This document shows positions 1-7,815 of a stretch of 64,000 bases of DNA, one piece after another (the stretch's first letter is position 1; the number at the start of each line of letters is the position of its first letter). Source of the stretch: Gemmatimonadales bacterium (lineage in GTDB: Bacteria > Gemmatimonadota > Gemmatimonadetes > Gemmatimonadales > Gemmatimonadaceae); assembly GCA_038231095.1 (NCBI GenBank), contig JBBRLZ010000016.1, forward strand, positions 7,639 to 71,638, given 5' to 3'. A program made the translations under genes and the position numbers. Under the pieces are notes generated by a model. That model was not told the DNA's origin. It ran no database searches and saw only the letters and a program-made list of their open reading frames with translations.

Positions 1-126
1 CCGCGGGCCATTCGGCACAGGGTCGGGGCGCCGGACCTGCGCGAACAGGGAGAACGGAGCCGCGCCAAGGAGCATCGCCGTGAAGGCGCTCCGGCGCAGC
101 CAACCGCTCCGATGTGAAGAGAGCAT
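1..126 (-). CDS. N-terminal fragment of an exported protein (gene continues beyond window start)
   Basis: ATG at 126..124 opens an uninterrupted minus-strand frame down to position 1 (42 codons). It reads MLSSHRSGWLRRSAFTAMLLGAAPFSLFAQ..., i.e. a basic n-region, hydrophobic core and A-x-A-like site. Too short for the ORF track. Confidence 0.3.
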   Translation of the reverse strand, partial: MLSSHRSGWLRRSAFTAMLLGAAPFSLFAQVRRPDPVPNGPR

Positions 127-225
127 GCTGAGGCTGAATGGGTGCAGGACTGCCGCATCACGAGACCTACCCGTGGGGACGATAGAGGATAATCCCGGTC
201 ACGGGGTGTGGCAGGCCGCGCGCGA

Positions 226-2475
226 CTACTTGAACCGGATCCCGTTCGGCGCGACCCATCCCTTGCCGGGCTGGACAGGCGGGGCGGCCGGGGCGGCAGG
301 CTTCGGCGCGCGCGGCTTCGGTGCAGCGGACACGGCGGGTTTCTCGCCGGTTTTCATGGTCAGCGCAATGCGATTGCGCGGCAGGTCGATCGACTGCACG
401 GTGACCATCACCTTCTGCCCCACCTGCACCACGTCGTTCGGGTCCTTCACGAAGCGGTCGGAGAGCTGGCTTACGTGCACGAGGCCGTCCTGATGCACGC
501 CGATGTCCACAAAGGCACCGAATGCAACGATATTCGTGACCACGCCTTCCAGCACCATACCGGCGGTGAGGTGCTTCGGCTCGGTGACGTCGTCGCGGAA
601 CGCCGGTGGCACGAAGCTCTCACGCGGATCGCGGCCGGGCTTCCGCAGCTCCGTCACGATGTCGTGCAGCGTCGGCAGTCCGACGTCGGCGGAGACGTAC
701 GGCGCGAGGTCGAGCGATGAAAGGACCGCTTCGTTCCCGATCAGGTCCTTCAGGTGAACGCCGCGGTCCTTCGCGATCTTCGCGACGAGCGCATAGCGCT
801 CCGGATGCACCGCACTCGCGTCGAGTGGATGCGCCCCGCCGCGTACACGCAGGAATCCGCCCGCCTGTTCAAACGCCTTCGCACCGAGCCGTGGTACATC
901 CTGCAGATCCTTGCGCGCGGTGAAGCCGCCCTTCGCGTCGCGCGTCGCCACGATCGACTGCGCCAGCGCCGGCCCGACACCGGAGACGTACGCGAGGAGC
1001 TGCGCCGACGCGGTATTCACTTCGACACCGACGCGGTTCACGCAGCTCTCGACGATGTCCACGAGGCGCTGACGCAGCTTCGGCTGATTGACATCGTGCT
1101 GGTACTGGCCGACGCCGATCGACTTGGGATCGATCTTCACCAGCTCCGCCAGCGGATCCTGCAACCGTCGTGCGATCGACACCGCGCCGCGGATAGATAC
1201 GTCGAGGTCGGGGAACTCCTCGCGCGCCACGTCGCTCGCCGAGTACACCGAAGCTCCGGCTTCGCTCACGACGACCACGGTCGGCGCGGGCGGCGTGAGT
1301 TCACGCAGTGTCGCGCGCACCAGCGTCTCCGTCTCGCGCGACGCCGTGCCGTTGCCGATGGCGATCAGCTCCGGCTTGAAGCGCGTGACGACGGCGCGGA
1401 TCGTAGCCGCGAAGCGATCCTCCTGATGCAGGTACAGCGTATCGGTGTGCTGCAGCGCGCCGGTCTTGCTGACGAGCGCGATCTTGACGCCGGTACGGAA
1501 GCCCGGGTCGAGACCAAGCACGCTCTTCTCACCGGCAGGTGCCGACAACAGCAGCTGCTCGAGGTTGCGACCGAAGATGATGATCGCCTCTTCATCGGCG
1601 CGCGTCTTGAGCTCCAGACGCAGCTCGACCTCGATGCTCGGTGCCAGCAACCGGTTGTACGCGTCCTCGGCGACGAGCGCGAGCAGCGCCGGTGCCTTGC
1701 GATGGCCGGTCACATCGCGCTGAAGCCGCGGCGCGATGTCGGCGATCGGTGCTTCAACACTCCAGACCAGTTCACCTTCGGTCTCACCGCGACGGATCGC
1801 GAGCACACGGTGCGACGGAATCGTACCGAGTGATTCGCGGAAATCGAAGTAGTCGGAGAACTTCGAGACTTCCTCGGTGCGCCCGAATGAACGGGCGCTC
1901 TTGACGGCCCCCTTGGTGCGCGTCATGTCGCGAATCCAGCCGCGGACACCTGCATCCTCCGCAACCTGCTCGGCGAGAATGTCGCGCGCGCCGTGCAAGG
2001 CCGCGTCGATGTCCGGCACTTCCGTCGCGACGTCCACGAACGCAGCCGCTGCATCGCGGGCCGATGCGTCGGTGAGATCGCCCGCCCACAACTGCTCCGC
2101 CAGCGGGCCAAGCCCGCGTTCACGCGCGATCGTCGCACGTGTGCGACGCTTCGGCTTGTACGGCAGGTAGAGGTCCTCGAGAGCCTGCTTCGTCAACGCG
2201 CCAAGGATCGCGGCCTTCAGCTTGTCATCCAGCTTACCCTGCTCGTCGATGCTCTTGAGCACGGCAGTGCGCCGCTCCTCGAGTTCGCCGAGGTACTGCG
2301 CCCTGTCGCGTACGTCGCGCAGCTGCACTTCGTCGAGGCCGCCGGTGACTTCCTTGCGGTAGCGGGCGATGAACGGCAGGGTGTTGCCTTCGCCGAAGAG
2401 CTCGAGTGTGCGCTCGACCGATGCCACCGGGAGCGCGAGTTCACGTGCGACAGTTATGACGAGTGACGAGGCCAT
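226..2475 (-). CDS. tex: Tex-like transcription accessory protein (S1 RNA-binding domain)
   Basis: 749-aa ORF with ATG at 2475. The N-terminus ...LPFIARYRKEVTGGLDEVQLR is the Tex hallmark. The C-terminal S1 domain reads GMVLEGVVTNIVAFGAFVDIGVHQDGLVHVSQL. Confidence 0.92.
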   Translation of the reverse strand: MASSLVITVARELALPVASVERTLELFGEGNTLPFIARYRKEVTGGLDEVQLRDVRDRAQYLGELEERRTAVLKSIDEQGKLDDKLKAAILGALTKQALEDLYLPYKPKRRTRATIARERGLGPLAEQLWAGDLTDASARDAAAAFVDVATEVPDIDAALHGARDILAEQVAEDAGVRGWIRDMTRTKGAVKSARSFGRTEEVSKFSDYFDFRESLGTIPSHRVLAIRRGETEGELVWSVEAPIADIAPRLQRDVTGHRKAPALLALVAEDAYNRLLAPSIEVELRLELKTRADEEAIIIFGRNLEQLLLSAPAGEKSVLGLDPGFRTGVKIALVSKTGALQHTDTLYLHQEDRFAATIRAVVTRFKPELIAIGNGTASRETETLVRATLRELTPPAPTVVVVSEAGASVYSASDVAREEFPDLDVSIRGAVSIARRLQDPLAELVKIDPKSIGVGQYQHDVNQPKLRQRLVDIVESCVNRVGVEVNTASAQLLAYVSGVGPALAQSIVATRDAKGGFTARKDLQDVPRLGAKAFEQAGGFLRVRGGAHPLDASAVHPERYALVAKIAKDRGVHLKDLIGNEAVLSSLDLAPYVSADVGLPTLHDIVTELRKPGRDPRESFVPPAFRDDVTEPKHLTAGMVLEGVVTNIVAFGAFVDIGVHQDGLVHVSQLSDRFVKDPNDVVQVGQKVMVTVQSIDLPRNRIALTMKTGEKPAVSAAPKPRAPKPAAPAAPPVQPGKGWVAPNGIRFK

Positions 2476-2581
2476 CGGTGTGCTGAAGCGGAAAACGCGG
2501 CGAACGACGAAGCGGCAAACTGTCGTGCGTGGGCGTTCACTTCAACGGCTTGACACTCTGGGTCCGATCAGTTCGTGGTTT

Positions 2582-2798
2582 GGTGGCGAAGTGGGGGCGG
2601 GAGAACACCGAGAACACTGAGTGTGAACGGAGCGACGGTCGTCGGCAATCGAAGCATCTTCTTATTTGTGGGTGCGCGGCAGCAACGTTTGGCGTCCGCC
2701 GTTGCTTTTCTCCCTAAAAAGATGCGGCGTGCAGCCAGAAGCCACGCGCCGTGCACACCAAGTGTTCTCGGTGGTCTCCCGCCCCCCACGAAGCCACC
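2582..2798. repeat. Long near-perfect inverted repeat (44/45-nt arms, 128-nt interior with two nested stems); MITE-like element or structured RNA
   Basis: Arm 2582-2625 pairs with arm 2754-2798 at 38 of 44 positions. Nested inner pairs are gcatctt 2654-2660 with aagatgc 2719-2725, and agcaacg 2681-2687 with cgttgct 2700-2706. No credible ORF inside. Confidence 0.8.
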
Positions 2799-2830
2799 GG
2801 AGTCTTCACAAAGCACGGAGCCAGAGGACG

Positions 2831-4426
2831 CTAGTGCAGGTCCGCCGCCGACAACGCCGAGCGATTCCGCCCTGTCCGCCAGAACAGCAGCAACGGCAGC
2901 GCGAGCACCATCAGCACGGCGCTGATCTGATAGATCTTCGAGAACGAGATCACGCTCGCCTGCGCAAATACCTGACGTTCCAGAATACGGTACGCCTGCG
3001 CCGTCGCGGTCGTGGCATCGGAGCCCCGCGCGATCATCGCGCGTGTCAGCAGGGTGATGCGTGACGTCACGTCCGGATCACCGGCACTCATGTGCGTCAC
3101 GAGGCTCGTGCGTGCGCTGGTCGTGAAGCGGGACAGCAGCGTCGCCATGATCGCGATGCCAAGCGATCCACCGAGCTGACGCGTCAGGTTGAAGAGCGCT
3201 GTGCCCTGCGGCACGTCCTTCGGCTCGAGGTCCGCCATGCTCGCATTCGTCAACGGCACGAAGATCAGGCCCATGCCGACACCACGCAGGATCAGCGGCC
3301 AGAACACATCGTCCGCACCACCATCCAACGACAGGCCTGACAACCACGTCATGCAGATGCCGAACAGTGCGACGCCGAGCACGATCGTGTAGCGCGCGTC
3401 GATGCGATTCGCATTGCGACCAATCACCGCCATCGTCACCGCACTCGCAATCGCGCCCGGAAAGATCACCTTGCCCGTCTGCCACGCCGTGAAGCCATGC
3501 AACTGCTGCAGGAACACCGGCAGCACGAAGATCGACCCGTACATCGCGAGGCCCAGTGCGGCGGCGAACGTCACGCCGGCCGCCAGCTGACGGCTCTTCA
3601 GCACACGCAGATTCACGATCGGCTGTTCGAACGTCAGCTCGCGCCACACAAACAGCACAAACGTGATCAGGCTCGTCGCCGCCAGGCCGGTCACCAGGCC
3701 GCTCTCGAACCAGTCGTTGCGTTCACCGCGCTCCAGCATGAACTGCAAGGAACCCACACTCGCGGCGAGCAGCACGATACCGATCACATCGATCTTCGTC
3801 GCGCGCACACCGACCTTCGAATTGCGCACGAAATTCCACGTCATCACCGCTGCCAGAAGGCCGAGTGGCACGTTGATGTAGAAGATCCACGGCCAGTCGT
3901 AATTGTCGACGATGAATCCGCCGAGTGTGGGCCCGAGCGTCGGGCCGACCATGACACCCATCCCGAAGATCGCCTGCCCCTTGCCGACGTCCTTCGGGGG
4001 GAACGCCTCGAAGAGCGTGGACTGCGCGATACTGAGCAGCGCGCCGCCCCCGAGGCCCTGGATCACGCGCCAGAAGACCAGCGACCAGAGCCCCGTCGCG
4101 GCGCCGCAGAAGAAGCTTGCCGCGACGAACAACAGGATGCTGCCGGTCAGGTAGCGTCGCCGGCCGAACCAGTTCGACAACCAGCTCGACATCGGAATCA
4201 CGATCACGTTCGCGATGATGTAGCCTGTGCTGACCCAGGCGATTTCATCGAGCGTCGCACCAAGATTGCCCATCATGTGGGGCACGGCCACGTTCACGAT
4301 CGACGTATCGATCAGTTCCAGAACTGCCGCCAGCGTCACCGCAGCGGCAATCCAGTAGCGATTTTTGTACGGGTCCTCGGCCACCGGCACGGCGGCGGTC
4401 GGGAACGCGAGTGTTGTTGCGGCCAT
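2831..4426 (-). CDS. emrB: DHA2-family MFS drug efflux permease (EmrB/QacA type)
   Basis: Long multi-TM ORF. The N-terminal LELIDTSIVNVAVPHMMGNLGA... is typical of EmrB/QacA 14-TMS transporters. The ORF opens at GTG 4432, but ATG 4426 sits 9 nt after GGAG (better SD spacing). It lies downstream of emrA and tolC. Confidence 0.88.
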   Translation of the reverse strand: MAATTLAFPTAAVPVAEDPYKNRYWIAAAVTLAAVLELIDTSIVNVAVPHMMGNLGATLDEIAWVSTGYIIANVIVIPMSSWLSNWFGRRRYLTGSILLFVAASFFCGAATGLWSLVFWRVIQGLGGGALLSIAQSTLFEAFPPKDVGKGQAIFGMGVMVGPTLGPTLGGFIVDNYDWPWIFYINVPLGLLAAVMTWNFVRNSKVGVRATKIDVIGIVLLAASVGSLQFMLERGERNDWFESGLVTGLAATSLITFVLFVWRELTFEQPIVNLRVLKSRQLAAGVTFAAALGLAMYGSIFVLPVFLQQLHGFTAWQTGKVIFPGAIASAVTMAVIGRNANRIDARYTIVLGVALFGICMTWLSGLSLDGGADDVFWPLILRGVGMGLIFVPLTNASMADLEPKDVPQGTALFNLTRQLGGSLGIAIMATLLSRFTTSARTSLVTHMSAGDPDVTSRITLLTRAMIARGSDATTATAQAYRILERQVFAQASVISFSKIYQISAVLMVLALPLLLFWRTGRNRSALSAADLH

Positions 4427-4456
4427 CTGCACGAACTCCGCTGACGCGATGCTGGA

Positions 4457-5587
4457 TTACTTCGTGACGACGTGCGCGACCACGCTCAGACCAATACGCA
4501 ACGGACGAGTCGTGTCGAGGCCTTTCGTGATGCGAATGCGCACCGGCACCCGCTGCACGACCTTCGTGAAGTTGCCGCTCGCGTTGTCCGGCGGGAGCAG
4601 CGTGAACCGCGCACCCGTCGCGGCACTGATGCTCTCGACCACACCGTCGATCTTCGCGCCGCCGTAGGCATCGACTTCCAGCTCGACCGTCTGGCCGATC
4701 CGCAGATCGTCGAGCTGCGTTTCCTTGAAGTTCGCGGTCACGAACAATCCGGTGTCGGACGCGATGTTCATTAACGTCTGGCCCGGCTGTACGAGCTGGC
4801 CAATCTCGACCAGCTTCTTACTCACTGCGCCCGGCGTCGGTGCGGTGATCTTCGTGAACGACAGCTGCAGCGCTGCGTTGTCGCGGCTGGCCTGCGCTGC
4901 GCCGAGTCGTGCATCGGCGAGACGCACACCGGCTTCCATGCTGACGACGTTCGCGCCCGCGGCGTTCACCTGCTTCTGCACCGCCACGAGCTGCGCGCGC
5001 GTCGCTGCAACCTGGGCCTTCGCGCCGTCGAGCTGTTGCTGACTGACGATGTTCTTCGCCGCCAGATCGGCGTAGCGCGCCAGATCGGCTTCAGCCTTCA
5101 CGACCTGAGCGCGGGCCGCGTCGACGTTTGCGTTCTGCGCCGCCGTCTGCGCGGAGGCATTCGCGACCATCGCCTGCGCCTGACCGGTTCCACCGCGGCC
5201 GCCGGTGGACGCGCGGGCTGCGGCCAGATCGGCCTCGGCCAGCGCGAGACGCACCTTGAACTCACGATCATCGATCTGCACGAGGGGTGCATCGCCCTTC
5301 ACGCGATCGTTCTCGGCAACGGTCACTGATGTCACGAACCCACCGACCTTCGCGAGCACCGGAATCACATGCCCATCGATGGTGGCATTGTCGGTGCTCT
5401 CATGGCTGCGCCCATACGAGATGGTCCGATAGGCCCAGATACCGCCGACGATCAGCAGTGCACCGAGGATGAACGGCAGTGGGCTGCGCTTGGTCGGCGC
5501 TGCAGGCGGCGTCGTGCGAAGTGGGGTCTCGCTCTCGGCAGGCATCGGATCGCTGGACGGGGTCTCTGGGCGGACTTGTGCGGTCAT
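4457..5587 (-). CDS. emrA: HlyD/EmrA-family membrane fusion protein
   Basis: One N-terminal TM (PLPFILGALLIVGGIWAY), a long Ala/Gln coiled-coil hairpin, then a beta-barrel C-terminus. Start chosen at ATG 5587, preceded by GAGGAA and 17 nt after the tolC-like stop. The ORF-track start at 5698 would overlap the upstream gene. Confidence 0.85.
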   Translation of the reverse strand: MTAQVRPETPSSDPMPAESETPLRTTPPAAPTKRSPLPFILGALLIVGGIWAYRTISYGRSHESTDNATIDGHVIPVLAKVGGFVTSVTVAENDRVKGDAPLVQIDDREFKVRLALAEADLAAARASTGGRGGTGQAQAMVANASAQTAAQNANVDAARAQVVKAEADLARYADLAAKNIVSQQQLDGAKAQVAATRAQLVAVQKQVNAAGANVVSMEAGVRLADARLGAAQASRDNAALQLSFTKITAPTPGAVSKKLVEIGQLVQPGQTLMNIASDTGLFVTANFKETQLDDLRIGQTVELEVDAYGGAKIDGVVESISAATGARFTLLPPDNASGNFTKVVQRVPVRIRITKGLDTTRPLRIGLSVVAHVVTK

Positions 5588-5603
5588 GACGGAATTCCTC
5601 GGC

Positions 5604-6959
5604 TCAGCGGAGCGACGTGAGGGTGCCCTGTGACCGGGCGATCGAGATGCGGGCCAACTGGCGGGCTGCCAGGGCATCAACCAGTTGTGTGCGCGCACCG
5701 CTCAGGCCGAGCAGCGCCGACGTCACATCGAGATTGCCGGAGACGCCGGCCTTGAAACGGTCGCGCGCCTGCGCGACTTCCTGCTCGGCGAGGCGCACGC
5801 GCTCGCGCGCCGCCTCCACCGCTTCACCAGCCGACGCCGCATCGAGCAACGCGCTGCGGACATCCACGTCGATCTGCGCCAGCAGGTCGGTGCGCCGCGT
5901 TTCGAGTTCCTGCTGCGCGTACGACTGTTCGTGCTCACGCGCCTGGCGCTTGCCGCCTTCGTACATGGGCACCGACACGCGCAGCCCCCAGGTCCACGTG
6001 TTGAGCATGCGCGTGTAGTTCTTGCCGATGATGCCTTCGTCACCCACGGCAGCCAGCGTCGGCAGGCGTTCGGCGCGAATCGCCTGTGACGACAGCTTCG
6101 ACGACGCGAGCTGCGCATTGAGCACCGCAACTTCAGGGCGCATTCTCGCCGCCACCGCCAGTGCGTCGACCTCCGATGGAATCGCCACGACGCCCCCGTC
6201 GAGCGGATCGGAGAGCGTGATCGGCTGATTCAGGTCGATGTTGATCGTCCGCCGAAGCTCCAGTCGCGCCTTGTCACGCTCGACACGCGAGGTGATCAGC
6301 TGCGAACGGATTCCGATCAGTTGTGATTCCGCGCGCGTCACATCGAGCGCAACACCGGTGCCCGCGCGCAGGGTCTCGCGCGCAATGCGCAACAGATCCG
6401 CCGCCAGTGTGGAATCCGCTGCGCGCGCATCGAACACGGCCTCGGCGCGCAGCACACGCACATACGCGATGGCGGCTTGTGTGGCCACCGCTGCGCCGGT
6501 CTGCGCCGCTTCCGTGCGCGACGCCTCACCCTGCGAGCGTGCCAGGCGGAGTCGCGCGATCGCCGCGCCATCGAAGATGTTCGCCTGCACGCGCGCGCGA
6601 ATGTCGCTTGTCGGCACCGGGCCCAGCACTTCACCGTTCGGATCGAAGAAGGGCTTCTGACCGGGCAGCGCCGGAAAACTGATGCCGAGTGTGGCGGAGT
6701 TGAACGTGCGGCTGTTCGACTCGGTGAAGCCGGTGACCGTCGGCAGCAAGTCGGCGCGACGTTGGGCAACGCGCGCTTCAACCGCAGAGGCACGCAGCAG
6801 GCTGGCGATGACCGGCAGGCTCATCTCGCGCGCGCGCTGCGCCGCCTGACCCATGCTCAACGACATCGGTGCGGGAGTGCCCTGTGCGGCGGCGACACTG
6901 CCCGAGACGAGCAGCAGCGTCAGTGCGCGTCGCAGCAGGGATTCAGTGCGTGTGACCAT
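5604..6959 (-). CDS. TolC-family outer membrane efflux protein
   Basis: 451 aa with signal peptide LLLVSGSVAAAQG. Two repeated alpha-helical/beta halves rich in A/R/L/Q, typical of the OEP family. First structural gene of the efflux operon. Confidence 0.85.
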   Translation of the reverse strand: MVTRTESLLRRALTLLLVSGSVAAAQGTPAPMSLSMGQAAQRAREMSLPVIASLLRASAVEARVAQRRADLLPTVTGFTESNSRTFNSATLGISFPALPGQKPFFDPNGEVLGPVPTSDIRARVQANIFDGAAIARLRLARSQGEASRTEAAQTGAAVATQAAIAYVRVLRAEAVFDARAADSTLAADLLRIARETLRAGTGVALDVTRAESQLIGIRSQLITSRVERDKARLELRRTINIDLNQPITLSDPLDGGVVAIPSEVDALAVAARMRPEVAVLNAQLASSKLSSQAIRAERLPTLAAVGDEGIIGKNYTRMLNTWTWGLRVSVPMYEGGKRQAREHEQSYAQQELETRRTDLLAQIDVDVRSALLDAASAGEAVEAARERVRLAEQEVAQARDRFKAGVSGNLDVTSALLGLSGARTQLVDALAARQLARISIARSQGTLTSLR

Positions 6960-7635
6960 TGGTGTCTGCGAGAGAGTGCCCAGCCGGACGCATCGCGGCA
7001 GAGAAGAAGTCGAGTACGCGATCCATCACCGCGTCGGAATCCTGCAGGTGGATGGCGTTGCACATCGTTGGATTGGCGCGCATGAGCGCGTGCTGCATCA
7101 TGAGCGCGTGGAGCATACGCGCCGAATCCGGCGCCTGTTCCTCACCGAAGGCGCCGTCGCGCACGCAGGCATCGATGCAGCTCTGCAGCAGCCGTTGCCA
7201 GCGCAGCGAGACGCGTTCCGAGAAGAACTGCTGCAGCTCCGGCAAGCGCGGCAACACGCTCGTCACGAGGCGATAGAGCACCGGGAAGGTCGGCTCGTTG
7301 ACGTACGCCCAGTACGTGCGGACCACGCGATGGAAGTCGGCCATCGCATCCGGATCGCGCGGGGCGTTTTCGAGCTCGTCCAGACGGACGACGACCGTGC
7401 GTCGGATCATCTCGCGGAAGAGCGCTTCCTTGTTCGGGAAATACAGATAGATGGTGCCCTTCGCGACGCCGGCGAGGCGGGCGATATCCTCGAGACGCGT
7501 TTCCTCGAAGCCGGCAGCGCCGAATTCAGTAAACGCCGCTTCGATGATCTGTGCCTCGCGCTCCTCGGCGGGCCGCCGGGTTCGCGTATCGGCCTTGTGG
7601 GCGGGCTCGATCAAAGTGACTGACTCGTCAGTCAT
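6943..7635 (-). CDS. TetR/AcrR-family transcriptional regulator
   Basis: HTH region QIIEAAFTEFGAAGFEETRLEDIARLAGVAKGTIYLYFPNKEALF. The ORF-track start at 7647 is a TTG; ATG 7635 is preceded by GGAGAA. The 3' end overlaps the tolC-like start by 17 nt. Confidence 0.88.
   Translation of the reverse strand: MTDESVTLIEPAHKADTRTRRPAEEREAQIIEAAFTEFGAAGFEETRLEDIARLAGVAKGTIYLYFPNKEALFREMIRRTVVVRLDELENAPRDPDAMADFHRVVRTYWAYVNEPTFPVLYRLVTSVLPRLPELQQFFSERVSLRWQRLLQSCIDACVRDGAFGEEQAPDSARMLHALMMQHALMRANPTMCNAIHLQDSDAVMDRVLDFFSAAMRPAGHSLADTNGHTH
7617..7634. promoter_or_regulatory. Palindromic operator-like site A (TGACTGAC-N2-GTCAGTCA) overlapping the tetR start codon
   Basis: tgactgactcgtcagtca is an 8+2+8 perfect palindrome. 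It shares the ACTGAC-NN-GTCAGT core with site B, 63 bp away centre to centre. Confidence 0.5.
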
Positions 7636-7676
7636 GCAATTCTCCAAAGAAAATCCCGGTCGTCCGGGGAGTGGTC

Positions 7677-7705
7677 AGGATACTGACCGGTCAGTCATTA
7701 TGCAA
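7677..7705 (-). promoter_or_regulatory. Sigma70-type promoter of the tetR-tolC-emrAB operon
   Basis: The minus strand reads TTGCAT (7705-7700), a 17-nt spacer, then TATCCT (7682-7677). The spacer is occupied by operator site B. A 5-bp stem-loop (7655-7668) and the GGAGAA SD follow in the leader. Confidence 0.5.
7680..7697. promoter_or_regulatory. Palindromic operator-like site B inside the tetR promoter spacer
   Basis: atactgaccggtcagtca has a perfect 14-bp palindrome, ACTGACCGGTCAGT, at 7682-7695. An extra inverted half-site ggtcag lies at 7673-7678. Confidence 0.55.
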
Positions 7706-7815
7706 GCGAGCACACGCACTCGCCCGACACCGGGCTGCTTTGTCGGGCAGAACGGAAACCGCCCGCCATCCAGATCGGACGGCGGGCGGCTTCACTCCGC
7801 GACGGGCTGGAGTCT

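Noticed and set aside
754-1833. Long ORFs antisense to, or out of frame with, confidently assigned genes. Examples: 754-1833, 3497-4444, 9340-10557, 13057-14253, 14831-16321, 21090-22343, 32580-33920, 33782-35035, 47065-48414, 52372-53649, 56177-57874 and 60911-62689.
   Set aside because: Their translations are Arg/Ala/Pro/His-rich low-complexity strings with no motifs. They mirror strongly supported genes, and such shadow ORFs are expected in very GC-rich DNA.
2582-2798. Retron msr/msd, a group II intron fragment or an IS end as an explanation for the long inverted repeat.
   Set aside because: No reverse transcriptase, transposase or intron-encoded ORF lies nearby. There is no target-site duplication and no second copy in the window. 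It is kept as an unexplained repeat instead.
2529-2925. Small ORFs inside the hairpin region (2529-2717, 2568-2816, 2575-2925).
   Set aside because: They are mirror-image products of the palindrome, lack SD motifs and have implausible composition.
7655-7668. Small GC stem plus T-tract in the tetR leader, as the terminator of the upstream amidohydrolase gene.
   Set aside because: It lies downstream of the predicted tetR promoter and operator, so it is more likely a 5' mRNA stem-loop. The stem is only 5 bp.
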